NCBI RefSeq assembly: GCF_000142905.1
Contig: NW_013657619.1
Coordinates: 210,905 to 239,416, forward strand
Source of the DNA: Thecamonas trahens ATCC 50062
Lineage: Eukaryota > Protista > Apusomonadida
Direction: 5' to 3'
Length of the DNA stretch: 28,512 nucleotides
Part shown: positions 10,301-20,150 of the stretch, one piece after another
Layout: the number at the start of each line of letters is the position of its first letter
Numbering within the stretch: the first letter of the stretch is position 1
Program-made: the position numbers and the translations under genes
The notes under the pieces: generated by a model
Seen by the model: only the letters and a program-made list of their open reading frames with translations
What the model was told of the DNA's origin: nothing
The model's database searches: none

Positions 10301-13050
10301 CTCCTTGTTTGCCGCCAACAGCGCGTCGCTGAGCTTTGGTGGCGGCATCGCACTCGAGAACGGCGCCCACGGCTTGCTCAGCGATGCCAGCTTTGCGCGC
10401 AACTCGGCAGCGTTGTGCGGCGGAGCAATGTATGTGACCGACACCTCCGAGCTCGCGGTGAGCGAGTCGAGCGTGACCGGGAACACGGCGCGGTACGGCG
10501 GCGGTCTGGCGACGGTGGCGGCCGACTCTGTGCTCTCGCTCGAGTCGGCGACGTCTTCGGCGGACGTGGTGGCGGGCAAGCTGCCGCTGGCGGCCGACTC
10601 GCGCAACACGACGCTGACGAGCGTGACCTTTGCCGACAACAAGGCAACCAACTACGGCGGCGGGATGTTTGCCTGTGGCGCTGGGTTGGTCATCGGCAAC
10701 GGCGGCACCAGCTGGGCTTGGACCGACAACACCGCCATCGACTCGCTGCGGGCGGTGCCGTCGGACGTCTTTGTCTGCGCCGCCACCAACGCAGCTGGCT
10801 CGGTAGTGCTTGGCAACCGCGACTCTGCCGAGGGCGTGTTGTGGACAACCTTTGCCGACAACACGTTTGCAGCTCTGAGCGGGGCGGCGATCAAGGGTCC
10901 TGTGGCGTCGCTGGCGTGGGCGCCAGACGCTGCGCCGGCGGACGAGGTCCAGATCGGTCTCCCGCTTGTGGGGCAGGTCATCGCGACCGACGTGCTCGGC
11001 AAGCCTGTCGTCGACGGCCGGGTCCCCATCCGCATCGCCTTTAGCAACACCGGGCCGACGGTGACCCGCGGACTCGACACCGGCGTGCTCAACGGGATTC
11101 CGACCACGACGCCGCCGGCGGCGGTGCGGATCTTCAACTCGTCGGTGGCGACGACGCCGCTCCCGATGACGTACACCTGGCAGCTGAGCGTGGTCACGTC
11201 GGCGGCCGGCGCCATTGCCGTCCCGCCGCTCACCGGCTCGGTCGACCTCCTCGGGTGCAAACCTGGGCTCGGCGGCGTGGTCGAGCCGGACAACGAGGGC
11301 GGGAGCGAGGATCTGAGCTTCTGCCGCGAGTGCGCGGCCGGCACGTTCTCGACGACCAACGGGACGCTCGGCCCGTGCGATCCGATTGTGCCGTGCACCG
11401 GCAACGCGCGCAACATCGGAACCGAGCGGGTGTACAACTGCGTGTGCAAGCAGGGCTTCTACCTTGCGCGGGTCCATCCCGAGCGCGGGCGCGAGTGTGA
11501 CAAGTGCCCCGAGGGCGCGATCTGCAACGAGGGCCTCAGCGATCCGCTCCCGGCCAAGGGCTTCTTCCGCACCTCGCGGACGTCGTTTGTGCGGTGCCGG
11601 CGGCCGGCGTGCCGCGGCGGAACGCAAGGGTGCGCCACCGGGTACGAGGGCTTTATGTGCAACGCGTGCTCCAAGAGGTACTACACCAAGGCCGAGTCGT
11701 GCCTCAAGTGCCCCGACGGCGACTCGGGCGCAGTTGCGCTCACCTTTATGGGCGTTGTTATCATCGGCATCGGCGCGGCGCTCATGACCCTCCTCCCGCT
11801 GTATAAGGCCGGCAAGGCCAACGCCGAGCGCGGCGCTAGCGACGACCCAACCGCGAGGCCGAGCGGACGCGGCTCATCCCGGCCACCATCTCCATGGTCC
11901 TCTTCGCCTTCCAGGTCGTGGGCCTTATCTCGGAGACCAAGGCCGGTTGGCGCGGCGAGTCCAAGGACGCAACCGAGAGCTTCCGCATCTTCAACCTCGA
12001 CGTCAACGCCTTTGCGCTCGAGTGCGAGGTCACCGATCCGTACGTGCTGTACTTTCTCAACCTCTCGCTCCCGCTGCTCCTCTTCCTTGTCTCGTTTGCC
12101 ACCGTGGTGGGCCTCTGGCTGGTGAGGCACAAGGTGCCCAAGCTCGCGCTCACCTATGGTGATGCCTCCATCAAGACGCTCTTCAACGTGACGCTTGTCG
12201 GCGTGGCGCCGCTGCTGCACATCCCGCTCTCGCGGGCCGCGCTCTCGCTCTTCAACTGCGTCAAGCTCCCGGACGGCAACTTTGTCCTCGCATCCGACCC
12301 GTCCGTGGTGTGCTTCAAGGGTGGGTGGTGGTCGGTCCTGCCGTTTGGCATCGTCGTCGTCCTCCTCTGCGTCCTTGGCCTCCCGGCCTACTTTGGCCTC
12401 GTCCTCCACAACCGGCGGCACAAGCTCTTCCGCGAGATCGTCTTTGTCCGCTACGGCGGTCTGTACAAGTTCTTCCGCGAGCCGTTCTACCTCTTTGCGG
12501 TCGTGGCCCTCGGTCGGCGTCTGCTCATGGTGATCACCGTTACCTTTGCCGGCGAGCTCCCGCTCCTCCAGCTCGCCCTCCTCACCGCCATCCTCTTTTC
12601 GCAGCTCATCTCGTCGCTCGAGGCCGAGCCGACTTTTACCTCACCTACAACGACACCGAGGCGCGCCTGTCGGCGGCCCTCATCGCCCTCACCCTCGTGG
12701 GCGGAGCATCCTACGCCGAGCGCAACTCAACGACCAGCATCGTCACCGCCATCGACGTCTGTACCATCACCGTCCTTGCTGCCATTTGCCTCATCGCCGT
12801 CTTGTCGCTTGGGACCGAGATCTTCGAGATCGTCCGCGAGAAGCGCGGCGAGTTCTCCGGCGAGATCGAGCGGGCCCACCGGCTCGCCACTATCCTCACC
12901 AAGGAGCTTCCGGACCTCGAGCCCGACGTGGCCACCAAGTTCAAGGCCGCCATCGACTACTCGCTCCGCGATCGGAAGGCCACGCTGTCGTCGTCCGTCT
13001 TTGAGGGGCCGGTCGAGCTGGACTACCTCGACTTGGACGAGTCTGGGTGA
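7306..13050 (+). CDS. Large (~1915 aa if repaired) cell-surface receptor-like protein: signal peptide, 14 FG-GAP/integrin-alpha-like repeats, GGA(I/L/V) beta-helix repeats, Cys-rich (GCC2/GCC3, ephrin-receptor-like) repeats and a ~9-TM domain; interrupted by three -1 frameshifts (~7575, ~11848, ~12634)
   Basis: Four ORF-track segments (7306-7587, 7575-12125, 11894-13120, 12310-13050) form one coherent architecture. The hydrophobic leader ends VVKG|Q. DxDGDGDxD-type motifs lie at ~7510-9530, GGALLV/GGAIAI/GGGVYA/GGAMYV motifs at ~10090-10670, CxxCxxG motifs at ~11255-11712, and the TM block with RYGGLY...RRL and P(Y)FY...YN at ~11730-12830. TGA is at 13048-13050. Confidence 0.88.
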
Positions 13051-13631
13051 TTTGCCTCGAGCCGCTGGTGACGGCCTTCCTTACTTGCCTGCACCTAATC
13101 GTCCTCGCCTTGGTCATTAAAGCGGCCCATCGACGTCGTCCAACTACTTGGTGACGTCAACGCTTTGGCGGTAGGAGAGGCGTCGCAACGGTGATTAGCT
13201 CGGCTTGGGGTGCTTGATCTGCTCCGTCGCATGCGACCATTCACCAAGGCCCCTCTCCAAGCCACTCTCACCCTCCCTCTCCCGGACACTACACCGATCG
13301 TTGTCTGACATCCCAGCGCTATCACGCACATGCAGGATTGAGAGAGGAAGCGATTGTTGTCGTCTGACCGGAGCGATTGCCAAGAGAAAGAGGGGGACAG
13401 AGGGAGAGAGCCGCGACATGGGCCATCTGCCACTGAGCGCAGATCGGAGGAGAGGGGGGGGGGGGGTCACTCGCTCGCTCGGGCAAGTGCTGGAGTTCTA
13501 TGTCGCGTCATGTCAACACCGTGCTCTCGCCGCCGTTGCCGTTGCTGTGAGACGTTGTCTCAACAAGCCTCGTGGCGCATGCGGTCATCGCCACTCGCAC
13601 AGTACCACGGGGAGAGCGTCGCGGCGTAGAA

Positions 13632-13727
13632 CTAGCGGCGTGCTTGGGAAGCGGCGATGGCCTCATCAAAGTGGAGGACGATGCTAGCGCGGTCGGCCTC
13701 GAGAGCGGTGGTGATGGTGGTGGTGTG
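13632..13727 (-). pseudogene. Diverged remnant of the 3' end of the LRR-ankyrin gene
   Basis: Translates as HTTTITTALEADRASIVLHFDEAIAASQARR* versus HVTIATGNIAALQADRANILQHVDKAIAIFQARR* at 15032-15136. The sequence beyond the stop is also similar (caccacgaggagag/taccacggggagag). An in-frame TGA at 13755-13757 closes the frame upstream. Confidence 0.8.
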
Positions 13728-15031
13728 TGACAGAGAGCTGTGCTCGGCGGGGAATCAATGTGTTGGCCACCTTTGCACCGATCTCCATGAAATTCAGCGT
13801 GCCAGTAGTACACTGCGCCTCATGGACATACGCAGCGTGGTATTGACCAAAGTGGTGGCATGCGTATAGTAGGAGGGGTCAAAGGTCAGGGACAAACGCT
13901 TCCCGAGCGTCCTACGCTCGCACCCCGACACTTACAGCGCCCAAGCTCCAGAAGCACACTAGCTACATAGCTATCATGATGGTAGGGGGAGGGGGCCTGA
14001 TCAGTGCCCGCTACGCAGTCGATTCCCTGCCACCCTTGGGTGCTGATCCCGCCCAGGCAGCACCCAAGTCGCTCGACCACCACCACTCCCAAGAGGCATG
14101 CAAGGACGCGCTCGGTGAGACGCGCCGCCGGAATGTATACGACAGTATTCATGTGCCTTGGGTTGTAGGCAGTTGCGCTCTGGATGCCGTGTGGCGGCAG
14201 ACGGCGGCGTACAAGGTGCCCTGGCGGTGGACGGTGACGGTGGTGCTCGTTTACTACTTCAGCTTGTCACGCGCAGCGGTGTCCGCTCCGCGACGGCTTC
14301 GCGAGGCTTTGCTACGTGCTTGCTCTCTGCACATCAACCGTCCCTCCCATCAAGCTCTCGGGTGCACTGCAGCTGTTGCGTCACCCAGCTTCCACTGCGT
14401 CGCCAGCCAGCACGGCACAACCGCGCGCAGCAAGGCAGCGCGATCCCGTCGCGAGTACAACTTGGATGCCATTGCAAGCCATTGCTTTCATCCACCATGG
14501 CCAACCCCTACCTCACCGCCGAGTCGCGACGGGCACTGCGACGGCCGGCTCGGACATCGCATCGGTGACTACTATCGTCGCACGCTTGCACTGGTGTGAC
14601 GGCCCACACGCTGATGAGAAGGGGAGGCGTTGGCGTGCGCGCAACTAGACCAAGGCGCGCGACGGTGAAGCAGACGCTGCAGGCGGTGGTGATGGAGGCG
14701 GGCCGATGTATGCAAACGCGCGCAACGTGGTCACCATCTTGCACGGGACTTTCATCGCGTCCACCCGCTCGCTCAACGCCTACCGGAAGCGGCCAGAGGT
14801 GCTTGCCGAAACGTCGCTGCATCGGCTTATTCGCGAGATCCGGATCTTTGTCTCGGGCGTGTTGCCGTCGGCTCCCGCAGTTTCCCTACACGGTCGGCTA
14901 CGCTGCGGCGCATCACAAAGCCTCCACGCTGCTGGGCGTGTTTTACTGCGGCATCGCGTCGCCCGCAGACGATGTCCCGGCGGCGGTGTGGGCGCTGCGG
15001 CACACCACGAGGAGAGATTTGAGCCGTAGGA

Positions 15032-17011
15032 CTAGCGGCGTGCTTGGAAGATGGCGATGGCCTTGTCGACGTGCTGGAGGATGTTGGCGCGGTCGGCCTG
15101 GAGGGCGGCGATGTTGCCCGTGGCGATGGTGACGTGATCCCTGACGTCGGCGAGCTCGGCCTTGGTGTCGGCGAGCTCGGCCTTGGTGTCGGCGAAGTCG
15201 GCCTTGGTGTCGGCGAGCTCGGTCCTGGTGTCGGCGAGCTCGGCCTTGGTGTCGGCGAGCTTGGCCTTGGTGTCGGCGAGCTCGGCCTCGAGTTTGTCCA
15301 CGCGAGTGGATGTCCCAGCAGAGGCGCCTGCACCGCCGCCAATGTCGCCACCGGCAGCGATGGTCTCACGGACGTGGTCAGCAACACGCTCCGGGATAGA
15401 GCTTGTACCAACGATGAGGTTGTAGACTTCTTTTGCAGCCGCGTTGGTGTCGCTGCCAGGCTTGTTGAGCACAGCCGAGGCAATTGACATGGCCGTCTCG
15501 CCTTTGGTCCCGAGAGCCCACACATCGGCACCTGCGGCGAGCAGTGCCATGGTTGCGAGGATGTTGGAGGGCGAGACGGTGACGTGGAGCGGGCGCAGTT
15601 CAAGGGACGGCTCGAGGGCATTGATGTCGGCGCCGGAGTTGATGAGGAAGGCAAAGACTGGGATGGAGAACGGGATTGTGTCTGCGGCATGAAGGACGAT
15701 GAAGAGGGCGAGGGTGGCCTTGTTGATGCCGCTGGTTAGCTCGGTGGCGCCGTCGCCATGCTCGCGGATCCAGGCGACCATCGCAGATGAGAACACTGCA
15801 GATCGCTCCACGGGAGCAGCTACGTACACATGCGTGTTGTCCGGCTGCAGCGTGAAGGGATCGAGACCAACTCCGCCCAGCTCGGCCATACGCTCAGCTG
15901 TCAGCTGGTTCGCGGCGATAATGGTGTCGAGCACAGTGGCGCCGTTTCCGTCGACGGCAGACTGGTCGAGGACGACGTCGAGGGCGGCAACTGCCTCGAG
16001 GAGAGCTTTGAGGGCACCGTGATTGGAGTGAGCAAAGGCGACATGAATGACGGGCGTATTGAACGTGGGTTCAACAGCGTTGACGTCTGCACCAGCGGTG
16101 ATGAGCTCGGAGACGATGTCGGCTGAGATCGGGACGGTCGGTGAGGCGCGGAGGACGACAAAGAGGGCGAGGGTGGCCTTGTTGATGCCGTTGGCGAGCT
16201 CGGTGGCGCCGTCTGCGTTGGCCTGCAGCGACTCGATCATGAGGTCGACAAAGACCGGCGCAGACGCGGGAGCAGCTACGTACACGTGCGTGTTGTCATC
16301 ATCGAGATCGTAGAGGTCTGCGCCGTTGGCAAGCAGCGTGTTGAGCGCGCTGAGGGAGAGGAGGTTGCAGCGGTCTATGGCATGCACCGGATGGGGCACA
16401 TGGGCCTGAGCAACGTCAAGCAATGCATGGGCGTGCTGCGATGCAGGGAAGTCTGGTTGGGCGATGGCAGTGCGTGCGCGATGCAAGTCGAGGGTAACCT
16501 TGGAGCAGTTGTTCAAGTCGAGGGTTGTGAGGTTGGGGCAGCCACCGGCGAGGGCGACCACTGCCGCATCGGTGATGTTGGAGCAGTTGTTCAAGTAGAG
16601 GGTTGTGAGGTTGGGGCAGCCACCGGCGAGGGCGACCACTGCCGCATCGGTGATGTCGGAGCAGTTGCGCAAGCCGAGGGTTGTGAGGTTGGGGCAGCCA
16701 CCGGCGAGGGCGACCACTGCCGCATCGGTGATGTTGGAGCAGTAGTCCAAGTAGAGGGTTGTGAGGTTGGGGCAGCCACCGGCGAGGGTGACCACTGCCG
16801 CATCGGTGATGTTGGAGCAGTTGTACAAGTTGAGGGTTGTGAGGTTGGGGCACATCTCCACCACCACCATGGCCATGGCGTCGGTGAAGGACTGGTTGTA
16901 CTCCGCCCTCACCTCGCCCACGCCCACCCCATCCCCCAGAGCCCTCCTCACCTCCTCCACTGTCCTCGTATTCGTCACGTTCACCACTCGTCCAGCACCA
17001 TTCGCAGCCAT
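15032..17011 (-). CDS. 659-aa protein: cysteine-containing LRRs (LRR_CC/AMN1-FBXL type), duplicated ankyrin-like module, C-terminal heptad coiled coil
   Basis: First ATG is at 17011 (the track's 17083 start is GTG); TAG at 15032-15034. Contains CPNLTTLxLxxCSNITDAAVVALAGG x4.5, the ankyrin-like motifs LITAGADVNA, LINSGADINA, RPLHV and LLAAGADVWA...GETAM, and (LADTKAE)n. Confidence 0.92.
   Translation of the reverse strand: MAANGAGRVVNVTNTRTVEEVRRALGDGVGVGEVRAEYNQSFTDAMAMVVVEMCPNLTTLNLYNCSNITDAAVVTLAGGCPNLTTLYLDYCSNITDAAVVALAGGCPNLTTLGLRNCSDITDAAVVALAGGCPNLTTLYLNNCSNITDAAVVALAGGCPNLTTLDLNNCSKVTLDLHRARTAIAQPDFPASQHAHALLDVAQAHVPHPVHAIDRCNLLSLSALNTLLANGADLYDLDDDNTHVYVAAPASAPVFVDLMIESLQANADGATELANGINKATLALFVVLRASPTVPISADIVSELITAGADVNAVEPTFNTPVIHVAFAHSNHGALKALLEAVAALDVVLDQSAVDGNGATVLDTIIAANQLTAERMAELGGVGLDPFTLQPDNTHVYVAAPVERSAVFSSAMVAWIREHGDGATELTSGINKATLALFIVLHAADTIPFSIPVFAFLINSGADINALEPSLELRPLHVTVSPSNILATMALLAAGADVWALGTKGETAMSIASAVLNKPGSDTNAAAKEVYNLIVGTSSIPERVADHVRETIAAGGDIGGGAGASAGTSTRVDKLEAELADTKAKLADTKAELADTRTELADTKADFADTKAELADTKAELADVRDHVTIATGNIAALQADRANILQHVDKAIAIFQARR
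15146..15288 (-). repeat. 21-bp tandem repeat, ~6.8 units, encoding heptads TKAELAD
   Basis: gtcggcgagctcggccttggt units at 15146, 15167, 15188, 15209, 15230, 15251 and 15272 (partial). Confidence 0.97.
16501..16852 (-). repeat. 78-bp tandem repeat, ~4.5 units, encoding 26-aa LRRs
   Basis: Units begin with ggagcag at 16502, 16580, 16658, 16736 and 16814 on the + strand. Confidence 0.97.
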
Positions 17012-18559
17012 ACTCCTCTCCACTCTGTCAGACAGAGAGATATACCCTTCCCACCTTCCGCATACCCCCCGCCACCCACCCACTCACACAGCCATTCGGC
17101 AGACATCAAAGCCATCCAAAAGAATTTGACTCTGATCGTGTCAGGCAGGATCACAGCCCCCTCCACCGCTCAGACACCCCCACCATACTCATTGCCCACT
17201 TGTATATCCTCCCGACCACCCTCTGTACACCCCCATGGTCCCGTATCATCCATCCCTCTCCATCGTCCCCTCCCGGCACTGTGACGTCAATCTCGGCACT
17301 GTGACGTCGTGCCCTTCCCTGCCCCGTCTGCCGGGAAGCCCTGCCACCACCCGCCACCGCCCGCCCCTTCCGCCCGCTCCGTCGGATGGGTCACTGCCTT
17401 GATCACCTTCGCAATGGTCTCGCTCTTCCCTCTCCGGGGCATGCCTCTCCGTCGGCCTCTCTCCAACCCGTCCTTCTGCCAGACGTCGTCGATGACTTCT
17501 GCGGACATGCCCAACACGCTGCTGCGCTCGTGGGTGTCTCGATCAACGTCTGCTGGCCACTGCGCCTCGGTCTTGCCTATCTTCTGCTGATGGGCTGGTC
17601 AGGCTTGGCCGGCCGATCGCCGGGGTGGGTCACTGTGTCGATCGACGTGATCCAGCAGGCAGAGATGGCGAGCGCGATAGATGCGAGGACATCTCGAGCC
17701 GTCAAGCGAGCGGAGCGATCGGCTGGTTGGGAGCTGGAGATGGCCGAGCGCACTTGGTACAGGCACTGTGAGATGCCCGATCTGTCCTTGAGCTCGGCTG
17801 ATCGATGGGGATCATGGTCGATGTCGAAGCTGGTGTCCCGCGTGAGGATGGATGAGGTCGAGCGCCATGCGGCTTGAGTCTGTGGTCTGTCTCGGCAATC
17901 ACCAGAACCGGTGCGATGGTGATGGGTACTACATGCTATGCGACTTTCACATCTGCTGGACGTGTGCCTGTATGAAGGACAGCATGTTGTGGGAAAGTGC
18001 GGATGCTGTGAGGCAGGTGGGGCAGGGGGGGGGTCTCTGTAGTGATGCCGATTGCGATCGGGGCGATGGCCGCGGTGAAGCGCCGATGAGCCTGTGGCGA
18101 TGGCTACGACATGACGTGAGGGGGTAAATGGTCATCGGGCGGTTGGTACTGGGGATGTGGGCCACGGACTGAGTACATAGTTGTGACGAGCACTGCGATG
18201 CGAGTGCGTCATGGGGCGTGGCCACGACTGAGGTGTATGCGTGGATGGCTTTATCGACTGGCCAGTTGCTGGACAGCAGGCTCGTGACCAGCAAGCAGGT
18301 GATGGGATGGAAGAGGATGGATATCTGCATCATCCGTCAGTCTGTCCGATGAGTGTGTGTCGATGCTTGGATGGAATGGGAAGGTGGAGGGAGCCGAGCA
18401 GTGATCACCAAATTCTTTCGGCGACGGACGATTCAGAGCTACGACAACAGCTACTGCACAACACACACCGCTTCTACACGGATCTCCGCCAAGTCGACAA
18501 CCCGTTCATCGGTCCCCATTCCGTACCCATGGCGGCAAGGCAAGGCATGTTAGCGTAGC

Positions 18560-18686
18560 NNNNNNNNNNNNNNNNNNNNNNNNNNNNNNNNNNNNNNNNN
18601 NNNNNNNNNNNNNNNNNNNNNNNNNNNNNNNNNNNNNNNNNNNNNNNNNNNNNNNNNNNNNNNNNNNNNNNNNNNNNNNNNNNNNN
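18560..18686. other. Assembly gap (N run)
   Basis: Run of n. Confidence 1.
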
Positions 18687-20150
18687 GCCGAGGCCATCGT
18701 CTCCTTCACACACTATCCGAGTGTGGCCAACGCGTGTACTTCGCAGACACGGACAACCACAGAAGCCAGTGGCGATCCCATGCCGCTGCCAGCTGGTGCC
18801 AAGGTTGCCATCGGGCTTGACTCGCCACGCACCTCGTCCAAACTGGGTCGTGCCCTGTTGCCGATGGTGGCGCGCGGCGACGAGCCTGCAATGGTCCTGG
18901 ACTACTTGTGTCGTCCAAGCTGGAGAAGCTCATGGATGGCGAGAACATCATGGTCAGTAGCCACAGCGAGTTCAAGTCCTGTATCATCTACACAAGCAGC
19001 CGCCGCGGGGTCGACTTGAATCGGGCGCGCTTGATTGTAGTGGCCGGCCAGGACAAGATAACAGTGCAGCTCCTGCAGGCGCTGTACGCGGCGTCGGGTG
19101 CGGCAGTCTCGGACACAGCCAAGTACTCGGTCGAGGGGCTCGGGATGCTGCGCGGGCGGGGCAGCCCGAGCGAGCTCGTGTACATCGATGCGGATGGTAA
19201 TGATTGTATGCTATGTCTCCCAGCCCGCCCCATCCACTACCACGAGTCCGCCTACGCCCGCAGGCCCACTGTCGCCGAGGAGTGGATCGTGCCCGCCAAG
19301 TTTGTCGAGGAGGACCAGTCGTCGGGCAAGGCGTCTCGCGCCGGGGGTGAGCTGATGCGCCGCTTCAAGGGCCGCGCAGAGCTCGAGAAGGCGCGATCGG
19401 GCACGTTTTGGTGGCACCGGTCAAACAAGAAGCACCTTTGGGCATATCCTCTCGAGGTTGTTGACAGGGGTGATGTGTCCTCTTCTNNNNNNNNNNNNNN
19501 NNNNNNNNNNNNNNNNNNNNNNNNNNNNNNNNNNNNNNNNNNNNNNNNNNNNNNNNNNNNNNNNNNNNNNNNNNNNNNNNNNNNNNNNNNNNNNNNNNNN
19601 NNNNNNNNNNNNNNNNNNNNNNNNNNNNNNNNNNNNNNNNNNNNNNAGCACTTGCGGATGTACGGGGTCCGCAAGCGGGTTCATGACACGGTGGCTGTCT
19701 TGGGCATGTCCGCCAGCTACGAGTGGCTGAACGCAGTCATTGCCACGGCCATCGCGTCGAACAAGAGCGACACACCGTTCAAGCGGCTGGCATTTATCGG
19801 CGACACGGTGCTTACCCTTGCGCCATGCAGGACATGGAGTCTCAGGAAGCGTGTCAACAGTATCTCAAGGCCACTGGCATGGATGATGTTGTGCTTTCGG
19901 ACTCTTACGATATACAAGCCGAGGCCATCTTGTGTGCCATCTACCTGCTGTATGGCCTCGACGACACCGAGCGCGTCTGGCGTATGTTCGTGTCGGCAGT
20001 GGCCCTGGTAGACGATGCGGCGCCGAGCGGCTCAAGCACTTCAACGCTGAGAAGTGGCAAGCAGGAGAGGCAGCAGACCGTGACGACTCGTTTGATGGAA
20101 TCCGTGGCGGCGTGGCAGGGAGCCGAGCTCGGAGTTCCAGACTCTGATGT
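18687..20150 (+). pseudogene. Disrupted or gapped gene containing a divergent RNase III-like domain (~19650-20010); boundaries uncertain
   Basis: FKRLAFIGDTVLTLA (19778-19822) resembles the RNase III signature ERLEFLGDAVL. EAILCAIYLLYGLD (from 19921) resembles EAIIGAIYLDxG but lies in a different frame. Coding-like frames at 18723-18907 and 18908-19486 precede an N gap. Confidence 0.6.
19487..19646. other. Assembly gap (N run)
   Basis: Run of n. Confidence 1.

Noticed and set aside
14498-15030. Coding-like fragments on the + strand (MANPYLT..., MYANARNVVTILHG..., PQFPYTVGY...)
   Set aside because: They lie in different frames with stops and have no recognisable homology; they might be a decayed gene but cannot be supported.
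16501-16852. Possible CRISPR-like repeat-spacer array
   Set aside because: The units are contiguous in-frame 78-bp coding LRRs with only point variation; there are no unique spacers or cas genes.
17287-17900. Possible degenerate minus-strand gene upstream of the LRR gene
   Set aside because: Only short broken frames with no identifiable motif.
19230-19305. IHYHESAY...EEWIVP resembling the YHGT motif of ADP-ribosyltransferase/KptA folds
   Set aside because: The match is too short and degenerate, and no supporting downstream motifs were recognised.
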